Shown: piece by piece, positions 23,134 through 37,304 of the stretch
Position numbering within the stretch: position 1 is the first letter of the stretch
Layout: each line of letters begins with the position of its first letter
Source of the DNA: Eledone cirrhosa
Taxonomy: Eukaryota
NCBI GenBank assembly: GCA_964016885.1
Contig: OZ024740.1
Coordinates: forward strand, 279,062,001 to 279,126,000
DNA: 64,000 bases
Direction of reading: 5' to 3'
The notes under the pieces: model-generated
What the model saw: only the letters and a program-made list of their open reading frames with translations
Databases searched by the model: none
Told to the model about the DNA's origin: nothing
Program-made: the position numbers and the translations under genes

Positions 23134-25711
23134 TGACCCACCAGATGAAATTGTTGACGAAAAAATATGTTAAGTAAACATAAATATTGTTATTATCACC
23201 CTTTTCTACAGTCCATTTCTACCGGAGGACAGCAGAAAAAGATCGACTGCTTAAGGTTTGTTAACTGATGATGAAGCTGTTTGGTTTGTTGTGCTTATTG
23301 CTGTTTGTCAATATAGGCAGCAGAAAGTGAAAGAAGAATCTTATTACACACAGATATGTATTTAAATCGGACTATTGTATTGACATCTCTTAGCGATTGG
23401 AATATACATACATATAATGAATGAATGAATGAATGAATGAATGAGTGTGTGAGTACGTGCGCTCATGTGAGTATTTTGGTAAAAATTCAATAATTCTGTA
23501 TATTTATTACTCTCTCACACACATTAAGCAATCATTTGTTGTCGTTTTTGTTTTGTTTTATTTTCAGTATATTTGACGTTTAATTATAGTTTTTGTTATT
23601 AATATTTGTAAAGTTTCTAATGGGACACAATTCTGTTTCATATCTTTATTACCACGATATAATTTTAGGTTGTAAAAGGAATTGATATTTCCATTAACAA
23701 ATCAAATTCAAGCACATATCAGTTTATGCTTTGTAACCTTACTTCAAAATCTTCACCTCATTACATTAATACATCACAGACATATACGCAAATAACCTGA
23801 GTGAATTATATAATTTTATACTATACAGACCACTCACTCTCAGTACATTTTATAAAGACGGTTAAGTATTTATTTCCTCAAAACTAAACATTCCCAGTCA
23901 ATCATATATATTCATTCTTATTTAAATGATATATTACTATGAAGCCCACCAACTACCCTACAGATGTAATTATTCTGTATTTACTTTACTCCAACTTCAA
24001 ATTAATTCAATCTTCGTTTTATCAATGGATGTTAACTTAATTTGTAAGTATACTGATGTTTCCATAAATTCTAAATGAATTCAAGAAATACAGTCACAAG
24101 GAAAAAAGTCATATATATATATATAATAAACACTCTTAGCCCTAACCCTAACTGGATTGTGATTTCGGTCTGTAATTTTCCCCCTCATATCTTTATAGAT
24201 ATGATTCTTGTGTTTTAAATAAATCACCCCTTTTTAAAAGTATTTAAATAAAACGTAATTTTCCCCAGCTAAAAGTGTGACTTTTTTTACCTGTGATTTT
24301 ATTTTCATTCATTATTCTGAGTATGGAAATGTCTAGATGAAATAGTAATTAAAGTGGTTTCACCAGTGTCTCGTACAAATAGCCCCATGCTTTATTTTTA
24401 ATTAGAGCTATTTAATTATATTCATTAAAATAAATGAACACATTCCCACTTTTAGTTTGGCCCCATTTCATTTTTTTTTTTCAATTCCTACCAAGAATGA
24501 CTTTATCCTTCATCTCACTAAGGTTGCTAAAATAAATATATATGTGATGCACTAGGTAGGGTGAATTCAGTTCTTAAACTATGTATCCCCCTTACGAAAA
24601 CTGACATAGTATTTAAAACTAAAACAAATATCATATGACTGTTACCTGTGCAACAGATTGTCCAATCGAATCCAATTAATTCCTGAATTATTTAGAGATA
24701 ATCACAATTTATTTAACTGAGAATCGGATTTAAATCTGAAGTTCAGAAACGATTCGCTAGCTGACCATATAGAAACACACTCCGACTGTAATAGGATATT
24801 TGTTTTACTTATTTGTTGTCATAGAAATATATAGAATGTGTACTATCTCAGACTAATACCATATTGTTATTGAAAAACAATGATTTTCAAATAATGAAAC
24901 ATTTGAACAGATATAGTCAAATAACTAACATTTTTATTATTAAGCTAATGTTCTTATTAATATTCTTACATAGAATTATGATGGAAGCTTTTTAGATAAA
25001 TATAAACACTTTGAAGCAAACAGTTTTGTAACATAGAACCAGGGGCAATTTCAGACGGTTTAGTATCAAAAGTATTAGATTCTTTTGATAGTAAACCACC
25101 CTTGCTTCTATGATACAAAACTGTTTATTTTAAAGTGTTTATATTTACCTAAAAACCTTGCATCATAATTTTAAGTAAGAATCTTTTAAGTTATGCTCCA
25201 AAAAGCAGCTTCATTATGAAAGATTTGTTACATTACTAAATTACTTCAAATTCTTCATTATTTTGAAAATCATAAGCATATGGTTACAAAAGGGTTAAAA
25301 AATATACATTGAATATGTTGAATTTTGTGAGAAAAAAAATGCACCAGCCAAGCACATTATCAGTTAACAAGCCTTATGAAAATGACTGATTAAATATTAT
25401 TATTATTATTTTTATTATCAACAAAAAATTCTTCAATTATTTTTATCTGATGGCAAATACTTGTTAAAGTTTGTTACATTCCAAAACCACCCAAGGTTCA
25501 TATAATGCCTTGATTCATAAGTGGTCGAAATACTTCACAATTTTTACAAGAAATATCTCATATTTAAAAAAAAATACAAATATTTTCTTTTAAAACTGAC
25601 AAAAAAAATTATAGAAGTAGCAGATGTAAACTTTATCACTTCTTTTTCAGGTTAAAAAAATATAAAATAATTTTTTTTTAAATGTAGCAATAAATCTCAT
25701 TATAAGATACT

Positions 25712-25911
25712 CAAGGGCGGCAGATTGGCAGTATTGGTAGAGGGTTGGACACCATGCTTTGCAGTATAGAATTACAGCCCTCTATGATCTGAGTTCAAAT
25801 CCTGCCGAGGTTAACTTTGCCTTTCATCCTTACGGGGTCGATAAAATAAATGGGGTCGATTTAATCGACTTTCCCCCCAAAATTGCTGGCCTTGTGGCTA
25901 TATAAGGAAAC
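25712..25911 (+). mobile_element. tRNA/Nin-domain SINE
   Basis: A/B boxes and core as at 18065-18250; 14-bp TSD CATTATAAGATACT (25698-25711 and 25912-25925). Confidence 0.9.
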
Positions 25912-28900
25912 CATTATAAGATACTGTTTTTCATCGTTTCTGATTAGATCACACACACACACATCATATATATATATGCACACACACATATACATATGCA
26001 TGCATTTTATAACTTCTTAGGAACTAATGTACTAACTTTTTTTCAAGGTGCCCCACCTTACTGCAGTCCAGGTACCAAAACCAGTAAAATAATATATATA
26101 TGTGTAAGCAAGATGTGTATTACACATATCTACTTAACTCTGATGAAACAAATCATTTTCATCTCTTCTAATTTATATAAATCCTCTTTAGATATTTTCA
26201 TGACAACTTCTGAAGCCCCTATGTTTTATTTATGTATTTCTATTTAAGCTTTAATAAATTAATCAGAGCAGTACCTGCACACCATAAATATTCATTACTA
26301 CAGTTGATAAGTATGATAAACAGTAAATTACTCTTGAAAACTGTTTTGAGAAGCAGAGTTAAGTACCTTGTCCAGAGAACACAATTCTTGCAAGATTATA
26401 TGTATAAACTTATGACACTGAAGATTGGATCTTTATTCTCATTAACATGTAATAATTCTTAAGAATGAAGAGTATATAGTTTCAAAACAACTTGTCCAAG
26501 ACTACATACTCTTGCCTGAAATTTCAGAACCACCACATATGTTAATCGAATAAAGTAGATTATTAACCTCATAAACAAACTAAAGTGAAAAGTTAATTCT
26601 GACAACAACCAAGATGGACAACATAATTTTTCTTCATAGCACTGGAGATGAAAGCAACTCAATCTTTCTTGCTACAATTTCACCCAAACATGAAATAAAT
26701 GGCAACTACCATATACTTTTTTTTAACAATATTGAAACTGCTTATCATTTAAAAAAATTGTAAATCTTTCTCCTTCTTCACAACTCTCTCTCTCTCTCCC
26801 TCAACATAACCAGTTATAATTATAAGAGAAATACTTCTGTTCATTTTATAACATATGATATCTCACATGTGTAAAATCTTAACATAAACAATATTACTTT
26901 AAGACAGTATAACTTGGATTTATCTAATCCTGTTGTATTCTGTATGCTTATGGTTAATACAAAGTTATCCATATTAACAGAGATTATTCACATATCTAAG
27001 TTTATATTTTGATAGCATTTTTGCTTTTTCAAATAGGACAACTATAAAGAATTGTTTTATCACCCAAGTTATTGTTTATATCTCTAAGTAAGTTTTTCAC
27101 CTAATTTTCCTCATGTACTTACAGTATTCAAGATTTTTTCTCCATATTTTCAATTTATTTAAAATCTATTTATTCTATTTTTTTTTAGTTTAATCCCCTT
27201 CCCCCAGCACTAACTGAACTACTGTTTATAAATTTCTTCACAAAATGTCCATGGTCTACATTGACAGCATCTCCAGCTATATATGTGCCTTAGAAACAGG
27301 TTTATGTTTGATGACTGAAATATTCGTTAATGTTTTAACTGGTATTATAAAGACTAATGTAACTGCATACAGGCGTCAGTATTGTTGACCTCTTTAGACT
27401 TCAATCTAATCTATTTTGTTAGATGCTAGCAAATAATATCTAATTACTGAGATGCTATTTATATTATTTCGGATATGGTTGTTTTCCTGGGTGCAAAAAT
27501 ATACTATCTCTTTATATATATATATATATATATTGTTTTTTTTAAAATCTAGTGAGCTTTAAAATAAAGTACTTTCTAATAATTTTTGTTTCCTCCAGTT
27601 TCACTCTTAAATTATTTCAGTCATTAATTGTTAATAACAATAAAAACATTCTCATCTAAATTTTGGAAATGTTTTCAGTTTCATTAATATAGTTAAAATG
27701 AAGTTGATTTAAAGAAACTGATGTATTATATATCATTACTGTGAAATACATATAGAAGTTACTGTGAACAAGATTGTTCTAAAGTTATCATCATCATCAT
27801 TTAACGTCCATTTTCCCTGTTAACATAATTATAATTTCATTGTAACACTAGACTCTGCAATTTTAATCTGTTTAATTTTATTTTTTAATATTTTGATAAA
27901 ATTGTTGTATTGGAAAACATTCAATATTTAATTATTAAATATTTCTTTATTAGTTATATGCGGAAGGCCTCTTGTTTCACATAACATTTTTACAGACCAA
28001 ATTGTTTGTTACTTAAGTTTACTCCTATTGGTTGCTTTATTGTTGACATGTTTGGTATTCTTTAAAAAATATAGTAACTTTACAGTTTTTTTTTTTTATT
28101 TAGATGAATACCACAATGTTCAAAATCTAGTCTGAAATAATACAATCCTCAATCTTAGTATTCATATTTTCAGTAGGTCTGGAGAACAATGGTTCATTTT
28201 TAGTTACATTTTAGTGAACTGTATATCTTTTGATACAATGCAAAGTTTGGTTTGCTTTTCTGATAAATTAGTATAAAATTTTGAACTACATCTAATTTTA
28301 TTTGAAAATCAGCAAAATAGGAATTAATGAACTTCAATCCTTTTACTTGTGTATGCAGTTATTAATTATAGCATTAAATTTTTAGCATGCAATATTTCTG
28401 TAAAGCTTTTTAATCTGTAAATATATTTATTAGTCTTCATGCAGATGCCTAAAGTATTTGTAAAATACATACTTTTCATTACAATTTGAAGTAAAAATTC
28501 AAGTAGGAAGCAGGTAATTTTAAAGGAAATTCAAGTCTACTTGTCGTCCATGTTGAATTACCTTACAGTAATTATACATTACTATAGATTTACAGACTCC
28601 TGGGTGAAAAGAAATCTTTTTATATATTGTTTTTGTTTTTATAATAATGTTTTTTAAAAAAATGTCACGATTTGTTTGTTGTTCATTGACAGAAATAATA
28701 TTTTAGAATTTATTTCAAAACCAATATTTAACTATTTCACTTAATTTTTTTTTTTTTGTTAACACAAATGGGAAGCTATCGAGTAGTGTACCATTACTAA
28801 ATTTTACACTAAATTATGAATAAAATTTTAGTGTCCTTTTTTTAAAATGGCCTTGTTTGTTTTAAAATGTTCTCAATCAATTGGAAGGTATTGTATATTC

Positions 28901-29529
28901 TTTGTCATTTCATTACAGGGTTGACTTATAGAAGTGCTTAGTAGCAGAAATATTGCAAACAAACTGCATTTGCACACTTATAGACTACAACACCATCTAC
29001 GAGGAATACTTCTCTGTAATAAAGCACCTTGCCCTGTAAAATGACTAATATTTTCAAGTCAGGCCTAACTATTGCTTCCCAAGTATTTATTTCTTACCTC
29101 TACTGAATATACTTTCCACAAGTTCCTGCATATTGGCATCACATTTCCAAACCAACACAATTATCTCCCTTGTATGCATCTGCTAATGCATTTTGCTCAG
29201 TCACTTTACACCCAATATTCCTTGAGATATTACACATTAATCAACTTCTTTTCTAGTTATTGTTGATCTTCAGTAGTCAGTCTACATTTCTTCAGTGGTC
29301 AACATCAAATACCTCAAACTCTGCTCTTCACATGTAAAGAAAACCGACCTGATAGTTAAACACCATTTTTATCTATAGTAACCTTCCTAAAAATTAAATG
29401 CTACTCCAAACAAGCTGTTTAAGCAGTTCACAGCCTTCCGTTTATTTGTTAGTTACTTCATTATATCTACACATTTTTTTGCATCAATATTTAATTTCAC
29501 AGATCAAATTTCTTTCAATTTTTGCATTT

Positions 29530-30195
29530 AATCCAGCTCCTGCTTTCCATCACCAGTGAAAAGTCTCACGATACTTGAACCTCACCTGCTTCAGTGTAAC
29601 TCCACTCACATGCAGAGAGTGCACTGTCCAGGCTTTCTTGAGAGGGTGATTATCTTAGTCTTTGCAGCACTGATTTTCATTCCTACTATGCATCAATAGT
29701 AATGGTGTAGTAATGAGCTAGTTTCACCACTCAGTCTTCAGAAGAAGGGAGGTAAGTTTAAAAGCTAAATTCACTATCTTCGATTTGGTGTTTGTGTCTA
29801 CCCTTACTTATTGTTATGAATTTTGGGTAATGACCGAAAGAATATGATCATAAACAAAAATGACTAAAATGGGATTCCTCCAAAGCATCTTTGAGGTAAC
29901 GTTACGCAATAGAGTGCATAGCTGAGGGATCAGTAAGTTGCTACTTCTCCGAATCGAGAGATCACAGCTCCTGTACTATGTGGTTAGAATGTCAAAGGAG
30001 AAAAATCACTGGACAGATTTTATGAATAAAGCCTACTAGCAGGAGACCCAGAGGTAGACTGCAAGCAAGATCCAGGAGCTTGGTTGATCTCGCTGGATTA
30101 TTTGGAGATGATTGCTTCTGATAGGATCCTCTGGAAGGTGTATTTGAGGACTCTGCCAACACGACCCCACAGGAATAGTGGGCAAAAAAGAAAAC
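29530..30195 (+). mobile_element. RTE LINE copy with inverted 5' segment
   Basis: 29530-29695 matches window positions about 40-200 in reverse; 29695-30195 matches about 212-690 forward. Confidence 0.7.
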
Positions 30196-32480
30196 CCTTT
30201 CAGAATAACTCACAAATCCACTAACATGATCTTTGCTACTCACTAGAACATTAGTCATGATTCCAAAGCACCTCTGGTTCTACAATACAAAACTGTTTAC
30301 TACTAAATTAATATTGAGAAAGTTATATTACTGAAACTTAACAAAATTATTTGAAAATCATAGGCAATTTAATTTTTAAGAAATATGGTCATGAAAGGGT
30401 TAATTTTATGACTGAAGATCATTTTTCTAGGTTTCCAACTTTTTCAGCAGTTCTTTAGCAAATTCTGTTTTGAAAGTTGATAGATGAGAAATAATAAAAA
30501 GTATGTTCCTTCCATTTGCTGCAGTATTATATCTGGCATTAGAAAAAAAAGTTGAAAATGCAGACAAAAAGGAGAATCAGAAAGCAAGAGTCAACATTAA
30601 GGCTGTGATGAAAGTACTTTGACAATTAATTAACCAGTTGATTAACCAATGGATTGATGGATTAATTACATGATTAATAAAATTGAAATGAAACCCTGCC
30701 AGTGCATATGTTTTGATTGGCAGCATAAACCCTCCAAACTATATCTGTTTCAATACAATTTCACGTCAAGTATCTTCCAAAAGAAAACATCAGATTTTAT
30801 GGAATAACTTATACAATTGTGATGCTTACATGTGGTATGGAATTTTCCTGATTATTGTTTTAATTTAGCCATATTCTTTAGACAGAGGTAAAATCCCAGC
30901 TAGCCAGCTGTTTGTTCAGTCTAATAAGTGACATAGTTCGTGCTATTTTTAACTAACATTTTGGGGTTCTCTTCCTTGCTTTTCTTGATTGGAACTGTTC
31001 ATTAAACATTTCTTTTTCCTTACCATGAATTTAATTTTAATTAAAGAAATTTTTTTGATTCACTACATTAACCTTTTTGTTTGTATAAAGTCACTAAGGT
31101 TTTCAAATAATCAAAAATTTGGAGAAATTTAGTAAAAAGTTTCTCATTATTAAATTGTTTAAAACATAGCATGGAAGCTTTTTAGATAAACAAACATTTT
31201 ATATAAATAGCTTTGTATCATAAGACCCAAGGTAGTTTTAGACAGTTTTGTATCAAGAGTTAAATATATTATCACCAACCTAGCAATTTGGTTTTTCATG
31301 CAAAGCATGTCTCTAACTATTTTTTTTTTTACTAGTCCTTATTTCAGATTATCATTATTATTTAGAAATATAGAAATCATTATACTACTCTCATTGCTTC
31401 TTCATAATTAATCAATGCAATTATTTTTTTTCCGCCTCATTATGGGTGTAATTTTAATTAAGATTTCTTGTTTCATTTCATTATGCTGGCATAGGCCATA
31501 CTTATACAGAGACCATCTCAGGAAATGTAACCCCTATTCCTTATAAGTAGTATGATTAGCTGATGAGACCTAATAGCTATTCTTATTTACTTACACCCAT
31601 GCTGTGTATTCCCCCCCAAAATAGGATTATCTTACACTATAAGATTGATAACATGAACTGAAAACTGAAGCCAGTGTTTGCACATTACTGAGTCAAACAA
31701 ATTTTTTAATGTTGTGTAGTCCAAAGTCAGTCCTGATTAAGAAGACTTATGACAGGTCAATAGTGAACAACATGATTAAGTGTATTCCATAAGATTGTCT
31801 AATTAAAGACCAATCCGTACTGCATGTTTTGACATGCAGTGGTTACAGTATATGCACAAATATAATGCACCCCACCTTATTTTATATCTGAGAAATAACC
31901 AAGAATCAAAGCCCCATTTATAAACCAAGACAACTAATCAACACACTATTTAGATAGTGTATATAAGCATACCTCCCATTTTACCATTGATTTTTAAAAA
32001 TAACATATTCCTCAACTTATATTCAAGTATATATATGGTGATTGTTGTGTAGTGCAGTTATCTGAGCGTGTTGAATCTTCTACTTTGTTTCTGTATGTAT
32101 AGATTCTAGTGGTGGTCACAATTGAGGCAGACAAACTGTGTTCCATGCACATCTAGGTCTTTTATTCAGAGTATTTTTGTTTTGTTGTGGATATTGTCTG
32201 AGTACAACCTGTCATGTGAAGTGGGTTGTTTTGTGTTCTTTGTAGTGTGTTATGATTTATTGTGGAGAGAACAACAGTCCCAGGCAGAACTGGCAAAATC
32301 TATTGAGTTATTAGTCTGATAAGTCTGCATAAGCAGCTCATTGGGAGAGGATACCAGTCCATCACAAGGTTAACCCACAACTTAATAGACTGAAGCAATG
32401 TGAAATGAAACATCTTATAAAGGACACAGCGCAGAAATAAAAACTCATAATTTTTAAGAAAAGACAATTTGATTACCGTA

Positions 32481-32810
32481 TCATTTTGATTTATTTACAA
32501 TTGTCTTGTGTCTGTCAATGTAATATCTTGGAAAGCAAACTTGTGCTATGTTCTTTACAATACCAATGTCATATGGTCTGTGATTTGTACACACTTTTTT
32601 CTTAGGTAGTTTAGTTACCTTTGAAGAATTACAATCCTTTTGACGACAGTTTTCAGATATTTGGAGCGTCCCAAGTTTGTGTCGCTCGTTATTGGTCTGA
32701 TTAGTAAACACTAAATAAATGTGATAAAGTGTGAAGCCAGCAATCAGGAGGGAGAGCACAGACAGTGATGCCATTAGAAAAATAATCCTTGGAAATTGCA
32801 TGAAGAGATG
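32481..32810 (-). CDS. ZDHHC4: DHHC palmitoyltransferase ZDHHC4-like, coding exon 5 (last)
   Basis: Acceptor TTTTTTACAG at 32820-32811; phase 0. Encodes HLFMQFPRIIF...YHIYLVFTNQTNNER (TM4 plus TTxE-type motif) and PYDIGIVKNIAQV (PaCCT-like); TGA at 32483-32481. Confidence 0.9.
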   Translation of the reverse strand, partial: HLFMQFPRIIFLMASLSVLSLLIAGFTLYHIYLVFTNQTNNERHKLGTLQISENCRQKDCNSSKVTKLPKKKVCTNHRPYDIGIVKNIAQVCFPRYYIDRHKTIVNKSK

Positions 32811-33339
32811 CTGTAAAAAAAACAATTGCAATTTAATAATTTTGAAATTTTCTTGCTTCATTTCTTCAAATATTTGTTATACAGTCAAAGGGAAGACATA
32901 TAAATTGACAAGTGGTCGGATTTGGCTGTGTAGTTAAGTTTGTGTAGGGTTTGCCATTACAATTAGGAAACTCAGCAAGCATTTTAAAGTTAGCTATACA
33001 TAACCTCTCTATAGATTCACTGTGTTGATTATTATGAATAATTGCATACACAACAACTCCTAGCATCTTGTTTGGACAGTTATTACTGGGGATCCTTTAT
33101 CACAATATTAGGCATTGTCATTGGTAGCTAGGTTGCGGTGATAGAACTACCCAGCAACTGAGAAAGGACAAGCATCTAAGACAGATCCTGTTGTGTGGCG
33201 AGATGCAAGGAATACTTTGTTAACTGTTAATCTATAATCAATGGCGACTGAAGTTTACTACCAACCACTTAAGCTTTTGAAACAAAGAATTTAGACAAAA
33301 AAACAATCACCCTTAATGGAGAGGAAAAAATGTCATTCT

Positions 33340-33635
33340 CCATCATGATAACATTTGCCTTAATACTTCATGAATAACCAAGGACCTGCTACAGGAACTT
33401 GCTTGTGAATAATTATTTCACCTACAATATTTCCCCAACTTTGCACCTCATTACCATTTGTTTAGGAGTTTACAAATCATTTTGATGGACTTATACTAAC
33501 ACCAAGAGAAGAACTAAAAAATGAGTTAGTCTCATATATCACATCAAAACCTAAGGAATTTTATAAACATGGCATCTATAAGTTTGTTGGAATAAGGTTA
33601 TCAAGAGCAATGGAGAATATATTGATGATTAGATA
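33340..33635 (+). mobile_element. Highly degenerate mariner transposase C-terminal relic
   Basis: Approximate translation resembles HPxYSPDLAP ... FYxxGIxKL ... SNGEYI. Confidence 0.4.
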
Positions 33636-34049
33636 CCATTATGTAAGTGAAATGTGGTAGACAGAGACAGTGCGTGCATGTGTGCTTTCTCTTTACATTG
33701 ACACTGTTTAAGAACAACCAGTACTGTTTGTTTATGTCCTGCAGCTTAGCAATTTGATAGGTGAAGACCAGTGGAAAAGGTGTCGTACTTGAAAATTATG
33801 GAAGGCATCCATGAAAGAAAAACAGACATAAAACAGTAGTGATAGTGACAACAATAACGAGGATGATAACTTTTTTTGTTAACACTGACCATCAATAGTG
33901 TGCTTAGCTTCTGGTGTTTCTATTTTTGCTATAAAACTAATGACTAATGATGAAATTAAATAATAGGAAGAAAGCTACATATTCACTAATGTAACAAAGA
34001 TAAAGGCAAATGTTTTGAAAGATTATGAACATTGTTAATAACATCATCA

Positions 34050-35462
34050 TTATCATTTTACACCTATTTTTCCATGCTTGCATGGGTCGTTTCCAGCACA
34101 TCCTCCTTCCATTCATAGCATTTTTTTATGTCATCTCTGTGAGGTTCAACCTTTTGAGATCAGATCCAGCCACTTCCACCAAGATTTTTTGGTTTTCTTC
34201 TACTACAGCTTCCATCCAGTTGTATCTCCTAGCACTTTTTCACCATGTTCATTATTCACATGCATCACATGTCCACACCAGTACAGTCTTCTCTCTCACT
34301 ACATCTTATTCCTCTTACATCCAGTTTTTCTCTAAGTCCATCCAAGTTCTGTCATTCATACACACTAACATTACACATCCAACACACCATGCTTGCTTTG
34401 TTTCTCTCTAGCCTCTGCATTGCCTCACTACCATACAACATTAACACTTCTCACACAAGCATCATACAATTTACCTTCACTTAGAGGGAAAATACTTATA
34501 TTTAACAGAAATAGTAGCTCCCTGAACCTTTTCCAGCATTTTCTTCTAGCTACTATACTTTCAGAGCAACTTCCTCCTTGCTAATTAGATCACCTAAATA
34601 ACAGAAACTATCTTTTATGGTATCTTCCTGGGATTGGAAAAGGTTTATTCCACTGCTGCTCTTACTACCCACTACTCTTGTGCATTAGTCATATACAAAG
34701 TCTATCTTTTCTGTTAGCCTGCCTATAATCCCACTACACCCTTTGTGTACCTATTCCTTACATTGTGTACAACATGCAGAGTTCTTACTCTTTTTCTACA
34801 CATTGAGCAAGGCAATTTCTCTTATGGAATCAGAGTTTGGACCTCTTTTCTACTTACTAAAATTTTGGTCTTTGCTAGATTTACTCTGAACCTTTTGAAT
34901 TCTAAATTGTTTTCACAACAGGAATTTCTTCTCAAGCTCTTCCATTGATTTGGCTACAAAAACCAGGTCATCAGCATACAGAAGTTCCCATGGACAACCA
35001 GTCCTATATACCTCCGTTATGGTCAGAACTATATTAAACAGAGGGTAGAATGAGGACTAAGACATGTTGAACATCTACCTGCACATTGAAATCTTCACTA
35101 AACCTCATTAACTATGCTTACTTTACTGAAAATACCTCTGTACATGGCTTGCACTGCTCTCACAAACCATTAATTTACACCCAGATAACAAATTGTGGTA
35201 CTTTGTCGAAAATCTTTCCCAAATCTACAAAATTTAGATATAGTGGCTTACATTTAACTGGGAACTTCTCTTGTAGTTATTTTACTAAGTAGAAGGCATT
35301 TGTGGTGCACCTTCCTGACACAAAACCAAACTGCATCTCATCTAATTTGACTCTTTCCCTCATGAGCTGTGTTCACATTCTTTCCATCACTTTCATAACA
35401 ATCTATCACTTTTATGCCTCAGTAGTTGTTCCTTTCTAGAACATCACCTTTTCCCTTGTAGC
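34050..35462 (-). mobile_element. RTE LINE fragment (RT to 3' end) in a ZDHHC4 intron
   Basis: Reverse strand reads KGKGDVLERNNY, MQFGFVSGR, GCPWELLYADDLV; 3' end CCCATGCAAGCATGGAAAAATAGG followed by a (TGA/TAA)-rich tail. Confidence 0.85.
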
Positions 35463-35488
35463 AATCAATGTTGTAAATAAAAACTTAC

Positions 35489-35733
35489 TTGTACTAATGC
35501 AGAAAGTGAAACTGGAATCATTTTGCCATCAGATTCCATTATTCTGGCATGCACCATTCCTGAGAAGTGAGCTATAGCTATAATAGACCTTAGTGCCATA
35601 TAGAAACCATTCAAACACATTATAATGAGGGTCACCAAGAATGCAATGAAATAATGATTATTTAGAGCTCCAATGCAGTTGTTCGTCCAGGCACAATGAT
35701 GGTCAAAGCGGTGAACACATCGATTACAAACGC
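35489..35733 (-). CDS. ZDHHC4: ZDHHC4-like coding exon 4 containing the catalytic DHHC motif (not in the ORF track)
   Basis: Acceptor TTTTTTCTAG (AG at 35735-35734) and donor GTAAGT at 35488-35483. Translation (S)[32 protein letters not shown]...VSLSALVQ; 245 nt, phases fit the neighbouring exons. Confidence 0.95.
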
Positions 35734-36673
35734 CTAGAAAAAAGAAACGAAAAAATAGATATGAAAAATACAGTGTTGTACATATCGAAATATTTTTTAG
35801 GTAGCTACATTACATATTCACTGATATACAGCAAACACGTTTCATACAAATCTTAACCCTTTTGATACACAAAACTGCCTGAAACACCCCCTGATTCTAA
35901 GATACTAAACTGTCCTAACTCTTTAGCATTTACATCACTCCTATATATACTATTGTATTTTTGTGATAAAAGTTTTATCTCACATAATATCGAATCTATG
36001 AGATTTTGATATTTATTTTGAGAACAATACTTTAACATCAATATCAGTAGCTATTTACAGCTGGTTTGAACAGAAAGAGGTGAGAGAATTCTGGCTGGAT
36101 ACAGCCGGTTAAATGTCAAAGGGTTGAAGTGTTTATATTTATTCCAAAACCTTCCATCATAATTTTATGTAAGAACATTTGTTAAGTTATGTTCCAAACA
36201 CCAGATTAGTAACGAGACAGTTAATTATTTTACTAAATCCCTTAAAATTCTTAATTATTTTCAAAATAATTTGAAAATAATAGGCAGCCTCTTTCGTAAG
36301 AATTAAATTTAGAAACATATGAAGTCTGATAAAAATTCTTAATCAGAGACTAGTGCATAAACAAACATTGATATGGTGAAAAAACAATGAATATTGCCTC
36401 ATTTCTTCTCTTTCAAATTAAAACAGCTTTGTAAAAGGCCTCCAGAAGGAAGTCATAAAGACAGAGGAAAATCGACTCCAGTACTTGACTGATACTTTTT
36501 TATTGACCTCGAAAGGATGAAAAGCAAAGTTGAACTCAGAGAGCAGAGAGTCAGAATGAATACTACAAAGCTTTCTATCCAACATTCTAATGATAGATAT
36601 TAATTATACTAACAAGTATCATCAAAAATATTTTATCAAAATAACATTTAAAAAATAACTAAAAACAACTTAC

Positions 36674-36978
36674 TACAATGTTTTGATCGGGCTGGTTTAA
36701 CAAAATTACAAGTTTTACAAATGATTTTCTTCTTATACAGGACACCATCAAAGGCATAAATTGAAATGAAAAGAGCATGATTGTTTTGAGTGATTTCTCC
36801 AGGGTCTGCATTACATAACTTGTAGAAAGCCAAAAGGTTGAGAAAAAGCAATAACATGGGAATAAATACATGGTTGTCATCATGGTAAATACCATACAAT
36901 ATTGGGAAGATATCAATGACAACGATAGCATGACCACACAGAACCAAGGTCCCAAAAACAATCTGCATTGTTGGATTT
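36674..36978 (-). CDS. ZDHHC4: ZDHHC4-like coding exon 3
   Basis: Acceptor TTTTTTTCCAG and donor GTAAGT at 36673-36668. Encodes NPTMQIVF...ADPGEIT...YAFDGVLY...CKTCNFVKPARSKHC; 305 nt. Confidence 0.95.
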
Positions 36979-37304
36979 CTGGAAAAAAACAAAACATATC
37001 TTTTAGGAATGCATATCTTTAAAATAAAAGAATATATTTCTATTTATACACAATTTCATTTTTTAAACAAAATACTTAAATTTTAAATATAATTCATGAA
37101 GACAAAAAGAAGATAGCAAACTCTGAACAGCATTTCTCAGCTACACCTCATAGCTTAGATGGCAAAAGTATTGCCACATACAAGTCAGTGATATCTGCTG
37201 CACCAGACATTCTATCTCAGGAGGCTCCTTTCTCATGTATAATGCCCTCATCCTGATTTAGTGGAGAACACAGCAGTCTGGAGATCATATAAAGATACAG
37301 ACAT

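Noticed and set aside
32731-33066. ORFs 32731-32937(+) and 32866-33066(-) as extra exons or genes
   Set aside because: The ZDHHC4 frame is complete without them, and a clean acceptor exists at 32811.
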